Source: Chiloscyllium plagiosum (lineage: Eukaryota). From it: a DNA stretch of 20,000 nucleotides. How positions within the stretch are numbered: position 1 is the stretch's first letter; each line of letters begins with the position of its first letter. Positions 11,029 through 20,000 of the stretch are shown one piece after another. The notes below the pieces were generated by a model. That model saw nothing but the letters and a program-made list of their open reading frames with translations, did no database searches and had not been told where the DNA came from. The stretch spans positions 17,492,251 through 17,512,250 of the forward strand of contig NC_057720.1 in assembly GCF_004010195.1 (NCBI RefSeq). The letters are read 5' to 3'. Made by a program: the position numbers and the translations under genes.

Positions 11029-12020
11029 TAGTCATAGAGTTATACAGCATGGAAACAGACCCTTTGGTCCAACTTGTCTGCACTGACCAGATACTCTAAA
11101 CTGATCTAGTCCCATTTGCCAGCATTTGGCCCACATCCCTGTAAACCCTTCCTATTCATGTGCCCATCCAGAAGCCTTTTAAATGTTGTAATTGTACCCA
11201 CCACTTCTTTTAGCAGCTTGTTCCATGCACACACCACCCTCTACATGAAAATGTTGTCCCTCAGGTCCTTTTTAAATCTTGCCCCTCTCACTTCAAACCT
11301 GTGCTCTCTAGTTTTGTCTCCGCTACCGTGGGAAAAACCTGTGCTCTCTAGTTTTGTCTCCGCTACCGTGGGAAAAAGACCTATTCGCTCTATCCATGCC
11401 TCTCATGGTTTTATAAACCTTTATAAGGTCACCTCTCAGTCTCCGATGGTGCAGGAAAAACAATCCCAGTTTATTCAGCCTCTCCCTATAACTCAAGCCC
11501 TCCAATCCTGGCAACATCTTTGTAACCTTTTCTGAACTCTTTCAAGTTTATCAACATTTTTTCCTAAAGGAGTGAGACCAGAATTGAATGCAGTAGTCTA
11601 AAAATAGCCTCACCAATGTCCTGTACAGCCTCAACATGACAGCAAAACTCCTATACTCAATGCACTAACCAATGAAGGCAAGCATGCTAAATGCTTTCTT
11701 CACCCACCTTGTCTACCTGCAACTCCACGTCCAAAGAACTATGTACCTGCACCCCTAGGTCTCTTTGTTCAGCAACACACCGAAAGCCCTCTCATTAACT
11801 GTATAAATCCTACCCTGGTTTGCCTTATGAAAATACAACACTTCACATTTATCTAAACTAAACTCGGTCCGCCACTCCATCACGCATTGGCCCATTCGAC
11901 CAAGGACCCGTTGTTATCTGAGATAACCTTCACTGTTCAATACACCATTAATTTTGGTGTATTTGCAAAATTATGAACCATACCTTCTATTTTCACATCC
12001 AAATCATTTATGCTAAATAC
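11029..12020 (-). mobile_element. CR1-type LINE 3' ~1 kb, from the RT INDLD region to the tail
   Basis: ORF 11323-11517 gives MLPGLEGLSYRERLNKLGLF...RRLRGDLIKVYK. The tail gtcatagagttatacagcatggaaacagacc is at the left end. Confidence 0.92.
11295..11374. repeat. Perfect 40-bp tandem duplication inside the LINE
   Basis: aaacctgtgctctctagttttgtctccgctaccgtgggaa occurs twice (11295-11334 and 11335-11374). Confidence 0.95.
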
Positions 12021-12250
12021 TGTCTGTATTATTTGCATGAGGCTAAGATTGAAGTTTCCAGGGTTCTAAAAGACCAGTGAACATCTTAATAAACAGCTTT
12101 TCATGGAAAACTATGTTGTGATTTTATTTGTCCTCAAGGACCAAGGTATGATGGCCCTCCTACAGCACAGCCTGCTATAGCCAACAATACCAAGTTGCAA
12201 AAGGAGCAAAACCTTCAGCCAAGTGCCCTGGTTGATATGGGTTTAGAAAG

Positions 12251-12909
12251 TGTTATGGACCAGACAAAACCTCTCTCAAATATGTCAAGGAGATAGCCTA
12301 GACCTTAACGTTTTCTTGTTTAAAGGCAAGTATAAGGTGTGTTCCAAATGCATTTCAATTGGTTACACTACTCAGCTTTAAGCAAAATGCACTTTATTCT
12401 TACAGTGCAATTAAAATACAAGCAAAAGAAAGAAGAATTGGTCTGACTTTAATTCTTTTGGAAAACTTAACAGAATATTAGATTATTTAACTACTAAACA
12501 GCAACTATTCCAATATAGTAACATACCATAAACACACTCTTGGCAAAGGCAAATTCAGTAAAATAGTCTGTCTCACACGCAATGTTTCTCCAGCCCAGGA
12601 GGAAAGAACATCAAGAGAAAACTCTGGCAGAGAGAGAGAACTCAAGTGTTTTGCTCCAGCAGGCAGAGATACTTAGCAGCTTCAAAACCCCAATAATTAC
12701 TGTAAGCTGAACTAAGACCCTGGTTCTATGGGAACCTGTCTCCACCCATTCATGCTGCTTCTATTGTTCCAACTTTTTAAAAAGACCCCAAGGCCTCACA
12801 AGCTGTTTAGTTTATTGGTTTGGAACAGACTACTCAACACGTCTCTCTCAACCTGTTTTCACAAACAAAAAGCCATGACAAAATACACCTTTTAAATAGT
12901 ATTGTCACA
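12251..12909 (-). mobile_element. Solo LTR (Gypsy-like), 659 bp
   Basis: TGTTA...TCACA termini (TG..CA) and a 4-bp TSD AAAG at 12247-12250 and 12910-12913. A minus-strand AATAAA (tttatt) near 12393 sets the orientation. No ORF. Confidence 0.75.
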
Positions 12910-12914
12910 AAAGA

Positions 12915-13434
12915 GATATCGGAAGGATGTTGTGGAACCTGAAAGGTTTCAGAAAAGATTTACAAGGATGTCGCAAGGGTTGGAGGATTTGAGCTTTAGG
13001 GAGAGGCTGAACAGGCTGGGGCTGTTTTCCCTGGAGCGTCAGAGGCTGAGGGGTGACCTTAAGGAGGTTTATAAAATCATGAGGGGCATGGATAGGATAA
13101 ATAGACAAGGTCTTTTCCCTGGGCGGTGGAGTCCAGAACTAGAGGGCATAAGTTTAGGGTGAGAGGGGAAAGATATAAAAGAGACCTAAGGGGCAATGTT
13201 TTCATGCAGAGGGTGGTGCGTGTGTGGAATGGGCTGCCAAAGGAAGTGGCAGAGGCTCATACAAATGCAACATTTAAAAGGTATTTGGATGGATATACGA
13301 ATAGGAAGGGTTTGGAGGAATATGGGCTGGGTGCTGGCAGGTGTGACTAGATTGGGTAGGGATATCTGGTTGGCATGGACGGGTTGTACCGAAAGGTCTG
13401 TTTCTGTGCTGTACATCTCTATGACTCTATGACT
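12915..13434 (+). mobile_element. CR1-type LINE 3' end, young, 5'-truncated
   Basis: ORFs 12902-13162 and 13126-13350 give the ORF2 C-terminus (YRKDVV..ERFQKRFTRM...RLRGDLKEVYKIM...ESRTRGHKFRV). The tail ends in ctctatgactctatgact. Confidence 0.93.
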
Positions 13435-13439
13435 AAATG

Positions 13440-13537
13440 ATGTTCCAAAGAAGAATTGTATCAGACTTGAAACATTAACTCTGTTTCTCTTTCTACTAAT
13501 GCTGCCAGATTTGTTGAGTTGCTCAAGCAATTTTGAT
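13440..13537 (+). mobile_element. Degraded Penelope-type terminal fragment
   Basis: gaagaattgtatcagacttgaaacattaactctg...atgctgccagatttgttgagt has the same architecture as the inserts at 16714 and 17161. Confidence 0.55.
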
Positions 13538-13681
13538 TTCCACTGTAGAAACTATGGGATATTTTAGAACTGAAACAATTTTGCACTGCACAGTTTTCTG
13601 ATAGATTTTACTGATCAACCTTCCTTCTGCTAATTTTCTAATATCTGCATATCACAATGTTGTCTTTTACTTTTTGCACAG

Positions 13682-13810
13682 GGTACAAAAAGTGTGTTTT
13701 GATTGGCCATGATTGGGGTGGATTAATTGCTTGGTGTTCTGCTATCTATTATCCTGAGATGATAAGTAAGATTGTAATATTGAACTGCCCACATCCCACA
13801 GTTTTTTATG
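13682..13810 (+). CDS. EPHX4: Epoxide hydrolase 4, internal coding exon (equivalent to human exon 4) with nucleophile elbow GHDWGG
   Basis: Acceptor tttttgcacag ends at 13681; donor gtaagt at 13811. 129 nt, phase 1-1. Translates (G)YKKCVLIGHDWGGLIAWCSAIYYPEMISKIVILNCPHPTVFY. The catalytic Asp codon GAT is at 13711-13713. In frame with the previous exon. Confidence 0.96.
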
Positions 13811-13884
13811 GTAAGTTGCAATTTATTCCACTTGATGTTTTTTTGCTTAGTGATCAAGGATTGATATCCATGAACCCCTGGTGA

Positions 13885-14175
13885 GTGAATGAATTCATCC
13901 AATGAGTAGTTGAACCTCAGAGTCCAAGGTCTAATCTGCTGCCAGTACAGTGTTGGCTGGTCTCCTAGGAGGAAGGTGTTTGGGGCACTTCATTTGGCCT
14001 CAGCATCTCTCAGTTAGGGATGAGAAATGGTCATCCAGTGAAACTTGGTTGAAAGGAAGACAAGATGAAGCTCACTTGTAATGCCCCTTAAAATCAAATA
14101 TGTCACCATGAGGAATGGGAATTTGGGAAGAGTACTTATGTCCACAAAATTTCTAATGGAATGATACCTCAGTGA
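13885..14175 (+). mobile_element. Old SINE-like repeat, degraded
   Basis: attggcctcagc-like, tatccagtg-like and tgtaatgcccc motifs recalled from an abundant shark repeat. Confidence 0.3.
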
Positions 14176-16000
14176 GGAATTTAGGAGACCTCTGGGGAGA
14201 AAACTGTTGAGAAAAGAACAAAAGTATATACATACATTTTACACACATATATGAATGTGTGTATATATTCGACAGGTTTAAGAGCAGTGCTTAAGTTTTG
14301 AGGCTACTCATAAAAAGGCAATGTATCATTTTGGGATGCTCAGGTGTTTCTCCACAAAACAGTCCCATTGCCAACACATTTAGCCAGTTTATCAATGTAT
14401 CATCATCCCATTGTTTGTCTCCCCTACACATCCCCCTTCAATTTTCCTTCCTTTCTCCTGATCTCAGTCTCCACGTGAGAATTAGAAAATTTTCCATCCT
14501 TTGTAACCAGTGACCTACAGCAAGGTGCTGCATTAATAGTTTCCATCCTCAGCAGCTCATCTGAAAAGGAGATACTGTTATCAGAAATACTTAGCAATGA
14601 AGCTGGAGGGATATGCATAAGCAAAATGCAATTTGCCACATTTTACTGTTACAGAAATAACATTGAATCACCTTTGTTCCTTATCAGGAGAGGTTTATTT
14701 TCCTGAACTATTTCACTGCTGCTGCAAAATAAAAAGAAATTATTCCAAATCTGGTTTTAACTGTCAAGGGCAAATATAATAGCACCATGGCAACATACTT
14801 GCAGTATGCATGTTATAGAAAACCTATTTTTGCTGCTGTCAAACAGCATCAGGTTTATATGTCTGCTTTTGAGATTAAATCAGTGTCATAAATGAATTCA
14901 CGATCTGTCCTCTGTTGTTTGCATGGTAGAAATCTCTCAAGATGACAGATCCCCATGGTGAGAAGCTGTTTTGTTTTGTTGCTCATGTGCTGTAGGAATG
15001 AGAGTTTATCAGCATCTAATTAAGTGTTTCATTTAGTGGAAAAGTCCCCACTAAGAAATGGACACAACCAAGGCTGCAACACAAAAACTGTCAAGATATA
15101 AAACAAGAAGGAATAATTACATAGTCATCAGAAGCTTAATCTCCTCTTACATGCACTCTCAGTGCTTTCTCATCCACCTGTTTATTTTAAATGGGTTCAA
15201 ATTGTGTTAAAAGAGCACAGATGGAAATGTAATTCCAATCTATTAATGAGTGCATCTTTGAAATTAATGGATGGTTGCACAATATAGGTTCCTCCTGATT
15301 CATTTAGTTAAATCTAATTGAATGGTGAATTCATTGTTAATTTTTCTGAGTCAAAGTTAGGTTATTGATTGATTTCCTAATGATGGCAGTTCTAATGTGG
15401 CATTAAGCAGTGGAACCCCCTCCATCGATCTTTTGCTGTTCATTATTTATTAAGCACCTCAGTGAAGATGTTGTAAGCAGATTTCTTAGTTTTGTTCTGA
15501 CATGGATTTGCATGTGAAAGCAGCATTTCAAATCATGAAAAAAAAATGAAAAGCTGGCAATGCAAGTTTGGGAAATTCATTATTACCAGAGAATATATCA
15601 TGCTAAATGAAGCCTAACGCAGTGACTCCTGATTCAGCACACAGTAAAACAACCTAATAATGGTGCAGGAGGGAAACAGCGCTGACGTTAATCTGCCATT
15701 ATTGATGAAATGAGTCCCAGACTATGAAGAGAAACAAGGGAGGAAATAGTAGAGGTTTGGCCATCATATTCCAATACTCTGGCTGGTGATTTGGACTCTA
15801 TTACGAGGATTCACTCAATTCATCAAAGGCAGTAAGCATGGACTAGTTAAAAGGGAGGGCCTGTCTGACCAACATCAATGATTTTTTTTGAGGAGGTGAA
15901 GAGGAAATATGATGAAGGTAGCAGTTTTGATGTATCACAGTTTTCAAGTGAAAAATGGTAACTTGAATTCAAAATTAGCTCAGTGTTAGGAAACATATAA

Positions 16001-16543
16001 TAGTCACAGAGTCGTAGAGATCTACAGCACGGAAACAAACCCTTCGGTCCAACTCATTTATGCCAACCAGATATCCTAACCTAATCTAGTCCTATTTTCC
16101 AGCACTTGGCCCATATTCCTCCAAACCCTTCCTATTCATATACCCATCCAGATGCCTTTTAAATGATGTAATTGTATCAGCCTCCACCACTTCCTCTGGC
16201 AGCTCATTCCATACACGCACCACCCTCTCTGTGAAAAAGTTGCCCCTTAGGTCCCTTTTATATCTTTCCCCTCTCACCCTAAACCTGTGCCCTCTAGTTC
16301 TGGACTCCCCCACCCCAGGGAAAAGACCTTGTTTATTTATCCTATCCATGCCCCTCATGATTTTATAAACCTCCTTAAGGTCACCCCTCAGCCTCTGACG
16401 CTCCAGGAAAAACAGTCTCAACCTGTTCAGCCTCTCCCTGTAGCTCAAACGTTCCAACTCTGGCAACATCCTTGTAAATCTTTTCTGAACCCTTTCAAGT
16501 TTCACAACATCCTTCTGATAAGAAGGAGACCAGAATTGCACAC
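16001..16543 (-). mobile_element. CR1-type LINE 3' end, young, with open ORF2 C-terminus
   Basis: ORF 16092-16658 runs uninterrupted from VQFWSPSYQKDVVKLERVQKRFTRM to RVWNELPEEVVEA...YGPSAGK. Same subfamily as 12915-13434 but in the opposite orientation. Confidence 0.93.
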
Positions 16544-16713
16544 CGAGTGTTTGTGTGATTGAAAGGCTTTTTTCCAGGGGTGGTCCACAGTGCTTAGTAT
16601 TAGACTTCATACTTTTCATGGAATACATCAGTGATTTAGATTTACATGTATGGAGCATGATTGTAGTGCATGCAAATAAATCAAAGATTTGTTGCGTGAT
16701 TGATAGTAAAGAA

Positions 16714-16832
16714 GGGCCTGTGCCCGAAACGTTGAATCTCCTGTTCCCTGGATGCTGCCTGACCTGCTGTGCTGTTCCAGCAATAAAGTTTCAACTTTGA
16801 TCTCCAGCATCTGCAGACCTCACTTTCTCCTC
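16714..16832 (+). mobile_element. Penelope-type short insert with 11-bp TSD
   Basis: ATAGTAAAGAA occurs at 16703-16713 and 16833-16843. The insert begins gggcctgtgcccgaaacg and ends catctgcagacctcactttctcctc. Confidence 0.8.
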
Positions 16833-17160
16833 ATAGTAAAGAACGCAACAGTCTACAGGAGATATCAATATTAAGTGGGTGGGTGAGTGGCTCATGGGAT
16901 TCAATCTAGAAAAGTGTGAGACAATGAATTTGAGAGGGCAAACAAGGCAAGGGAATACAAAGTCAGTAGGACAGTAATCAGTTGTCCTACAGAGGAACAG
17001 AGGATCTTAGATTGCATGTCCATAGATACCTTAAAGTAGCAGGATGAGATGGTGAAGAAGGCATTTGGGATTAGTTGCTTTAGTAGACAAGGCATGGAAT
17101 ATAAGAGCAGGGAGATGATGTTAGAACTGTATAAAACACTTGTTAGGCATATCTAGAGTT

Positions 17161-17280
17161 GGCTTTTGCCCCAAAAATCGATTTTCCTGCTCCTCGGATG
17201 CTGTCTGACCTGCTGTGCTTTTCCAGCACCACTCTAATCTTGACTCTGATGTCCAGCGTCTGCAGTCCTCACTTTCACCT
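17161..17280 (+). mobile_element. Penelope-type short insert with 12-bp TSD
   Basis: ATATCTAGAGTT occurs at 17149-17160 and 17281-17292. The insert begins ggcttttgcccc and ends gtctgcagtcctcactttcacct. Confidence 0.8.
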
Positions 17281-17640
17281 ATATCTAGAGTTTTGAGTTT
17301 ACTTCTGGTCATTGCATTAGTGGAAGGTATTACAGAGGGAAATTTATGAGGTTTTTGCCAAGAATTGGTGAAATTTCAGTTGTGAAGGAAGAATGGATTG
17401 CAGTAAGAAGTCAGTAATCAGAGAACATAAATATCAAGAAACTGACAAACATAGAATCTGGTCTTTTGGACTAAATGTAACTGATCTAATGAATTTGAAC
17501 AGTGGTCAGTATTGCAAATCTTCCACCACTTGAACAGACCCATTTTCGATGAAATTTTGTGGAGAATTAATTTGTGAAAAATAATACTACATATTTTGTT
17601 AAAGCATTTTAAAAGAAATTTATTGAATATCTTTTCTCAG

Positions 17641-17744
17641 ATTACATCATACGACATCCCTCCCAACTGATAAAGTCAAGTTACTTGTTCTTTTTCCAAG
17701 TGCCATGGCTTCCTGAATTTGTTCTTACAATAAGTGATTTCAAG
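17641..17744 (+). CDS. EPHX4: Epoxide hydrolase 4, internal coding exon (equivalent to human exon 5); absent from the ORF track
   Basis: Acceptor cttttctcag ends at 17640; donor gtgagc at 17745. 104 nt, phase 1 to 0. Translates (D)YIIRHPSQLIKSSYLFFFQVPWLPEFVLTISDFK, compared with human YILRHPAQLLKSSYYYFFQIPWFPEFMFSINDFK. Contains the first lid tyrosine (SSY). Confidence 0.95.
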
Positions 17745-17849
17745 GTGAGCAAAGATTCAGCCATGAATGACTTGATTCAAGAGCCATGAAAGATTTTAGA
17801 CATATTCTACAATAATTGTTTTAGTTTTTAACCATAACCATATTTCACA

Positions 17850-18180
17850 GTTTTTATTCATTCGTGGGCTGTGGGTGTCACTGGCTGGGCCAGCATTTAT
17901 TGCTTGTCTCTAGTTGCACTTGAGAAGGCAGTGGTGAGCTGCCTTCTTGATTTGCTGCAGTTCATGTGGTGTTGGGGCACCTGTTATGCTGTTAGGGAGG
18001 GAGTTCCATGATTTTTTTGAGCCAGAGTCAGTGACAGAACAGCGATATCTTTCCATGCCAAGATGGCAAGTGACTAAGAGGGAACTTGTAGATGGTGGTG
18101 TTCCTATGTATCTGCTTCCTTCGGCCTTTGGGTGGTGGAGATTACGTGTTTGGAAGTTACTGTCAAAGGAGCCTGAGTTT
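17850..18180 (-). mobile_element. LINE 3' end sharing its tail with the SINE at 368-632
   Basis: tttttattcattcgtggg...gccagcatttattgc...cttgagaaggcagtggtgagctgccttcttg; the minus strand encodes an LQQIKKAAHHCLLK-like ORF2 end. Confidence 0.75.
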
Positions 18181-18339
18181 GTTGCTGCAATGCAATTGTT
18201 AGCTCTACAGCACTCACTGTGTCTCTCAGAAGCAATAAATAAAGTAAGAATTATGGATGGAATTCGGTTTCTGACTGTTATTTTATCTGGTGAGTCAAAC
18301 CACCTCTGTTAATCTGTGTTCGTCATAATGTTTTTTAAA

Positions 18340-18495
18340 ATTTTTTCTTTCATGGGATCGGAGTGTCACAGGCCATGCCAGTATTTATTGCCAATCCCTA
18401 GTTACTCTTGAGAAGCTGATGGTGACCTGCTTTGTTGAACCACTGCAGTTCAGCAAGTGCATTTATGGCCACAGTACTGTTGGAAAGAGAGTTCT
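18340..18495 (-). mobile_element. Second, shorter copy of the same LINE 3' end
   Basis: catgggat...gccagtatttattgccaatccctagttactcttgagaag...ccactgcagt is collinear with 17860-18005. Confidence 0.7.
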
Positions 18496-18874
18496 GCAGG
18501 TACACAATGAGGAAAGATGTAAAAAAACAGCTTGTGGGTCAAGCTGACCTTGGGATAGATCTGAACCATGTGCTGGTGTAAAATGCATGATGTTAAGTCA
18601 GCAACCTGTTCTATTCCTCTGCCTCAGTTTGACTTCAATGAATATAAAATTCAAGGATATGCAGGATGGGCACCAACTCACTGCCACCTGTTTTACGCTA
18701 TTACATAAAGTTATGACCTATGCCCTAAAGAACTGTAGTGGGCAGAACTTAACCAAACTGTACTATTATTACAAAATATGGTTACATAGTGCATCACCAA
18801 GTAAGGTATAAGGAGTGCAGTATCAGAAATAACTGCAAGTATGTCAACCGTAATTAACCAATCTTGTGTTCTAG

Positions 18875-19023
18875 GTGTTGAAGTACTTATTCACAAGTCA
18901 GAGCACAGGCATTAGGACAAAAGGCTGTAAGATGACTGAGGATGAGATCGAAGCCTATCTGTACATCTTTTCTCAGCCTGAAGCCTTCTCTGGACCACTC
19001 AGCTACTTCAGAAACATATTCAG
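18875..19023 (+). CDS. EPHX4: Epoxide hydrolase 4, internal coding exon (equivalent to human exon 6)
   Basis: Acceptor tgtgttctag ends at 18874; donor gtacaa at 19024. 149 nt, phase 0 to 2. Translates VLKYLFTSQSTGIRTKGCKMTEDEIEAYLYIFSQPEAFSGPLSYFRNIF, compared with human VLKHLFTSHSTGIGRKGCQLTTEDLEAYIYVFSQPGALSGPINHYRNIF. Confidence 0.95.
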
Positions 19024-19719
19024 GTACAACAGTTGCTGGAGTTGTAGAGGACAAAGCCTGTGCAAAAATGAAATGCAAACATGATGACATAAAAGCCATG
19101 TAGTTAACCCATTGTATTTGTTTGTTTACATATTTGGATTAAATTATTGGAGCTAACCTGAGTAAGGATGCAGCCTTTATACATATTTACAATCTGGCAG
19201 TCAATTCTTAACATTGAGACCCAGCAAAAATCTGGAAAAAGCGTTTCTTTATTTTTACAATCTTTAACCATCTAATACTAATTATTTTTAGAATTCTGCT
19301 ATAATTCACAATCAATAACTGTTAGCTTTTGGGACCAGAAAATAGGCTGTGGCACAGATTAGAATCAGGTCAAACTTTTGCTTGATAATTGCTCCTATGA
19401 ACTAATTCGAGTCTTATTACTTCTTTCTAGGGGTTATATAAATACACATAGTTTTTATTGTTGTCCCAGATGTTATAAAGACAACTCGAAACCCACACTC
19501 TATTTGACAAGGCTACAACATGACAACTTTGCTATCTTCCTCAGCATTGTTCTCTCAATTCCCTTCAATGGTATCTTTTTCTGTGCAATACAAAATTCAC
19601 AGTTAGCTTTTGGGGCACTATCTGTTACTACCGGCCTATTTCTGCTGGTATTTCCAGATTTGACTGCAGGGGAACCGCAACCATCTGAGACCACCTGCCA
19701 CCTCAATCAGATTTGATGT

Positions 19720-20000
19720 ATCCCATCTCACCTCATCACCCTGCTCTCTCCCCTTTCATCATCCTCACTCACCATTTCGGTGCACCCAACCTCCCATCTC
19801 CCTGTACCACCCCTTCATAATCTCCCTGTACCCGCACTCCCCATCTCCTTGTACCCTCTCTCCCCATCGCCCTGTACCCTCGCTCCACAAATCCCTATAC
19901 CCTCCTTCCCCATCTCCCTGTACCCTCTCTCCCCATCGCCCTGAACACTCACTCCCACCTCCCTGTACACTCACTCCCCAACTCCCTGTACCCTTCCTCC
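19720..20000. repeat. C-rich minisatellite running off the window end
   Basis: Repeated ~20-24-nt units of the form ccccatctccctgtaccctc(a/t)ct. Confidence 0.85.

Larger units (their letters stand above)
15700..17440 (+). mobile_element. Old CR1-type LINE RT region, interrupted by three younger insertions
   Basis: Remnant motifs: (Q)HG.VKG..CLTN..DFFEEV..K.DEG near 15830-15930; SRGGPQCLVL...ISDLD...ANKSKI near 16570-16700 (decayed GVPQGSVLG...INDLD...ADDTKI); and GMEYKSREMMLELYKTLVR near 17090-17148. Confidence 0.8.

Noticed and set aside
15330..15520. Possible extra exon or very old RT fragment
   Set aside because: Only a faint resemblance to the RT SGVPQG..LLF motif, too decayed to call, and the EPHX4 exons already join in frame without it.
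16092..16658. Longest ORF (188 aa) as a host gene
   Set aside because: It is the CR1 ORF2 C-terminus fused to antisense sequence of an older LINE.
16700..16740. Active hammerhead ribozyme
   Set aside because: The CUGAUGA core is missing upstream of stem II; only the 3' half is present.
19024..20000. Final EPHX4 exon with the catalytic His (SHW) motif, or read-through of ORF 18875-19084
   Set aside because: Homology stops at the gt donor at 19024 and no PTLLLWG or SHW sequence is visible. ORF 19378-19716 is unrelated.
19720..20000. CRISPR-like array or coding repeat (ORF 19765-19974)
   Set aside because: These are degenerate tandem units without unique spacers in a vertebrate intron; the ORF is a low-complexity by-product.

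Overview
This is eukaryotic, vertebrate DNA, most likely from a shark. That assignment is inferred from HE1/V-SINE, SacSINE1-like and shark-type CR1 LINE content. The window covers the middle of an alpha/beta-hydrolase gene on the + strand that I recognise as EPHX4 (epoxide hydrolase 4/ABHD7). Four internal coding exons (6312-6469, 13682-13810, 17641-17744, 18875-19023; 158/129/104/149 nt) have GT-AG boundaries and splice in frame. The first exons and the last exon lie outside the window. The introns are mostly transposon debris: CR1-type LINE fragments, tRNA-derived SINEs, a solo LTR with a 4-bp TSD, Penelope-type short inserts with TSDs, PIF/Harbinger remnants and a terminal C-rich minisatellite. 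Most ORFs in the track are TE fragments or spurious. The best leads are: (1) highly similar inverted LINE copies bracketing the in-frame catalytic exon (possible skipping, circRNA or ADAR editing); (2) a Tyr-to-Phe change at the second epoxide-activating tyrosine position; (3) a ~92%-identical long inverted repeat at 7364-8598; and (4) twin Penelope-type inserts truncated inside a hammerhead ribozyme motif. I see no evidence of a wholly new gene system. Family names come from my recognition of the sequences, not from database searches.
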